From positions 1 through 49,477 of IMG/VR virus record IMGVR_UViG_2541047944_000004: a stretch of DNA of 49,477 bases; one strand, given 5' to 3'. The translations under genes and the position numbers were made by a program. Positions 48,375-49,477 of the stretch are shown here, piece by piece. This stretch comes from a virus. Taxonomy: Duplodnaviria; Heunggongvirae; Uroviricota; Caudoviricetes. How positions within the stretch are numbered: position 1 is the stretch's first letter; each line of letters begins with the position of its first letter. The notes under the pieces are model-generated. The model did no database searches, was not told the origin of the DNA, and saw only the letters and a program-made list of their open reading frames with translations.

Positions 48375-49477
48375 GTAACACTGTTGATGATGTCAAACGT
48401 CTTTTTAATCCGTCTCGACTAAAGCTAGCGCGGATCAGACGCAAACTGACCTTGGCAGAACTGGCGAGGCGAACCGGGTTATCTAGTCGTATCGTAATTG
48501 AATACGAAAAAGATTATTGTCTTTATGCACCCACGGCAGAGACGGTACGCGCATACGCTAGTGCTTTAAATTATCCAGAGGCTTTTTTCTTTGGCGATGA
48601 TGTTGAAACAATTGATCCATTGACTGTTTCATTTCGTTCATTACGCACAACAAAAGCTGCTGACCAGCATGCGGCAATTGGTGCAGGTGCTTTAGGGGTT
48701 ATGCTTAGCGATTATTTTAATGCTCGCTTTACTCTTCCTTCGCCTCAATTGCCGAATCTCCGTGGAAGTGAGCCTGAGGTCGCTGCCCAAGCGATACGCG
48801 AGGCTTGGGGGATTGGTAAGAAGAGTATCACCAATGTTGTTCATCTACTTGAGAAATTTGGAGTTAAGGTGTTCTGGCTTTCAGAGGAAACAGCGAGTAT
48901 TGATGCTTTTTCGTTCTGGAAAGATGATGTCCCTTATATCTTTCTTAACACACGCAAGTCAGGTGAACGCAGCCGTTTTGATGCCGCACATGAATTGGCT
49001 CACCTAGTACTTCATCGTCAAGGGGAAGTCAAAGGGCAGGATGCTGAGCGTGAAGCGGATGCTTTTGCTTCTGCATTTCTAATGCCTCAGGAAAACGTGA
49101 TGGCCGTTAAGATGGTGGTCCCGACGTTTGATAAAATTGTGCAATTGAAATCACTCTGGAAAGTTTCGGCTATGGCCCTGATTGTCAGAATGCGCAATCT
49201 AAATATGCTGACGGAATGGCAGTATAATAGTTTGATGCGTGATGCGACGGCAAAGGGGTATCGAACCGGCGAGCCGGGGGGAATTGAGCGCGAAAGATCA
49301 CTCGTTATAGAAAAAATGATGACTGCTCTGGCTGGAGACGGCATTTATCTGGCTCAGTTGAGTGATGAGCTTAACGTACCTCTCGATGAATTGAGTAGTT
49401 TGCTTTATGGAGTTGCGGCAATTAGTGGCGGAAATAGCAAAAGAACACTATCAAGGGCTTCGCTCCGACTAGTATGA
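48371..49477 (+). CDS. HTH (XRE) - ImmA/IrrE family zinc metallopeptidase fusion protein
   Basis: N-terminal HTH (LTLAELARRTGLSSRIVIEYE) and HEXXH motif HELAHLVLH with downstream E (EREADAFASAFLMP); ends exactly at window end with TGA. Confidence 0.8.
   Translation: MSNTVDDVKRLFNPSRLKLARIRRKLTLAELARRTGLSSRIVIEYEKDYCLYAPTAETVRAYASALNYPEAFFFGDDVETIDPLTVSFRSLRTTKAADQHAAIGAGALGVMLSDYFNARFTLPSPQLPNLRGSEPEVAAQAIREAWGIGKKSITNVVHLLEKFGVKVFWLSEETASIDAFSFWKDDVPYIFLNTRKSGERSRFDAAHELAHLVLHRQGEVKGQDAEREADAFASAFLMPQENVMAVKMVVPTFDKIVQLKSLWKVSAMALIVRMRNLNMLTEWQYNSLMRDATAKGYRTGEPGGIERERSLVIEKMMTALAGDGIYLAQLSDELNVPLDELSSLLYGVAAISGGNSKRTLSRASLRLV

Overview
The window is about 49.5 kb of a mosaic temperate prophage of an enterobacterial (E. 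coli-like) host, read left to right from the integrase end. No CRISPR array, rRNA or stx-like toxin genes were seen. All calls rest on reading the supplied ORF translations and the DNA by eye; no searches or computations were run, so family names are recollection-based and GC statements are visual estimates.

Layout:
- 1-6.1 kb (minus strand): integrase, excisionase, Lar-like protein, lambda Red genes exo/bet/gam, and a large acidic 671-aa protein of unknown function.
- 6.1-7.7 kb: Qin/Rac-like early-left genes including a DicF-like sRNA and small DicB-/YdfD-/YdfA-like proteins.
- 7.7-9.1 kb: immunity region with a CI/DicA-like repressor that lacks a peptidase domain, divergent Cro-like and YdaT-like genes, and a shared AACAC-N5-GTGTT operator motif at both promoters.
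- 9.7-12.7 kb: replication genes (DnaT-domain initiator, lambda P-like loader) and an Ead/Ea22-like protein.
- 12.9-14.8 kb: AT-rich island carrying a two-gene cassette (312-aa soluble protein plus 153-aa four-helix membrane protein) and a hok/sok type I toxin-antitoxin locus.
- 14.9-17.8 kb: nin-region proteins, a putative Q antiterminator, a late promoter, tRNA-Thr(UGU) and tRNA-Gly(UCC) in the late leader, and about 750 bp of gene-free leader.
- 17.8-19.7 kb: lysis cassette (holin-like proteins, GH108-type endolysin, small membrane/lipoprotein genes).
- 20.3-29.8 kb: ParB-like plus glycosyltransferase-like pair, terminase small and large subunits, portal, head morphogenesis, scaffold and major capsid genes.
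- 29.8-47.5 kb: contractile-tail/baseplate module with a predicted -1 frameshifted chaperone, tape measure with lytic transglycosylase domain, two tail-fiber/assembly sets, and an embedded minus-strand secreted-protein plus AntA-like antirepressor cassette.
- 47.6-49.5 kb: a promoter-equipped pair of an unknown 223-aa protein and an HTH-ImmA/IrrE metallopeptidase fusion.

The best candidates for an undescribed system are the AT-rich two-gene cassette at 12.9-14.3 kb, which has a Rex-like architecture and homopolymeric tracts at its 5' end, and the terminal unknown-protein plus HTH-ImmA/IrrE pair.
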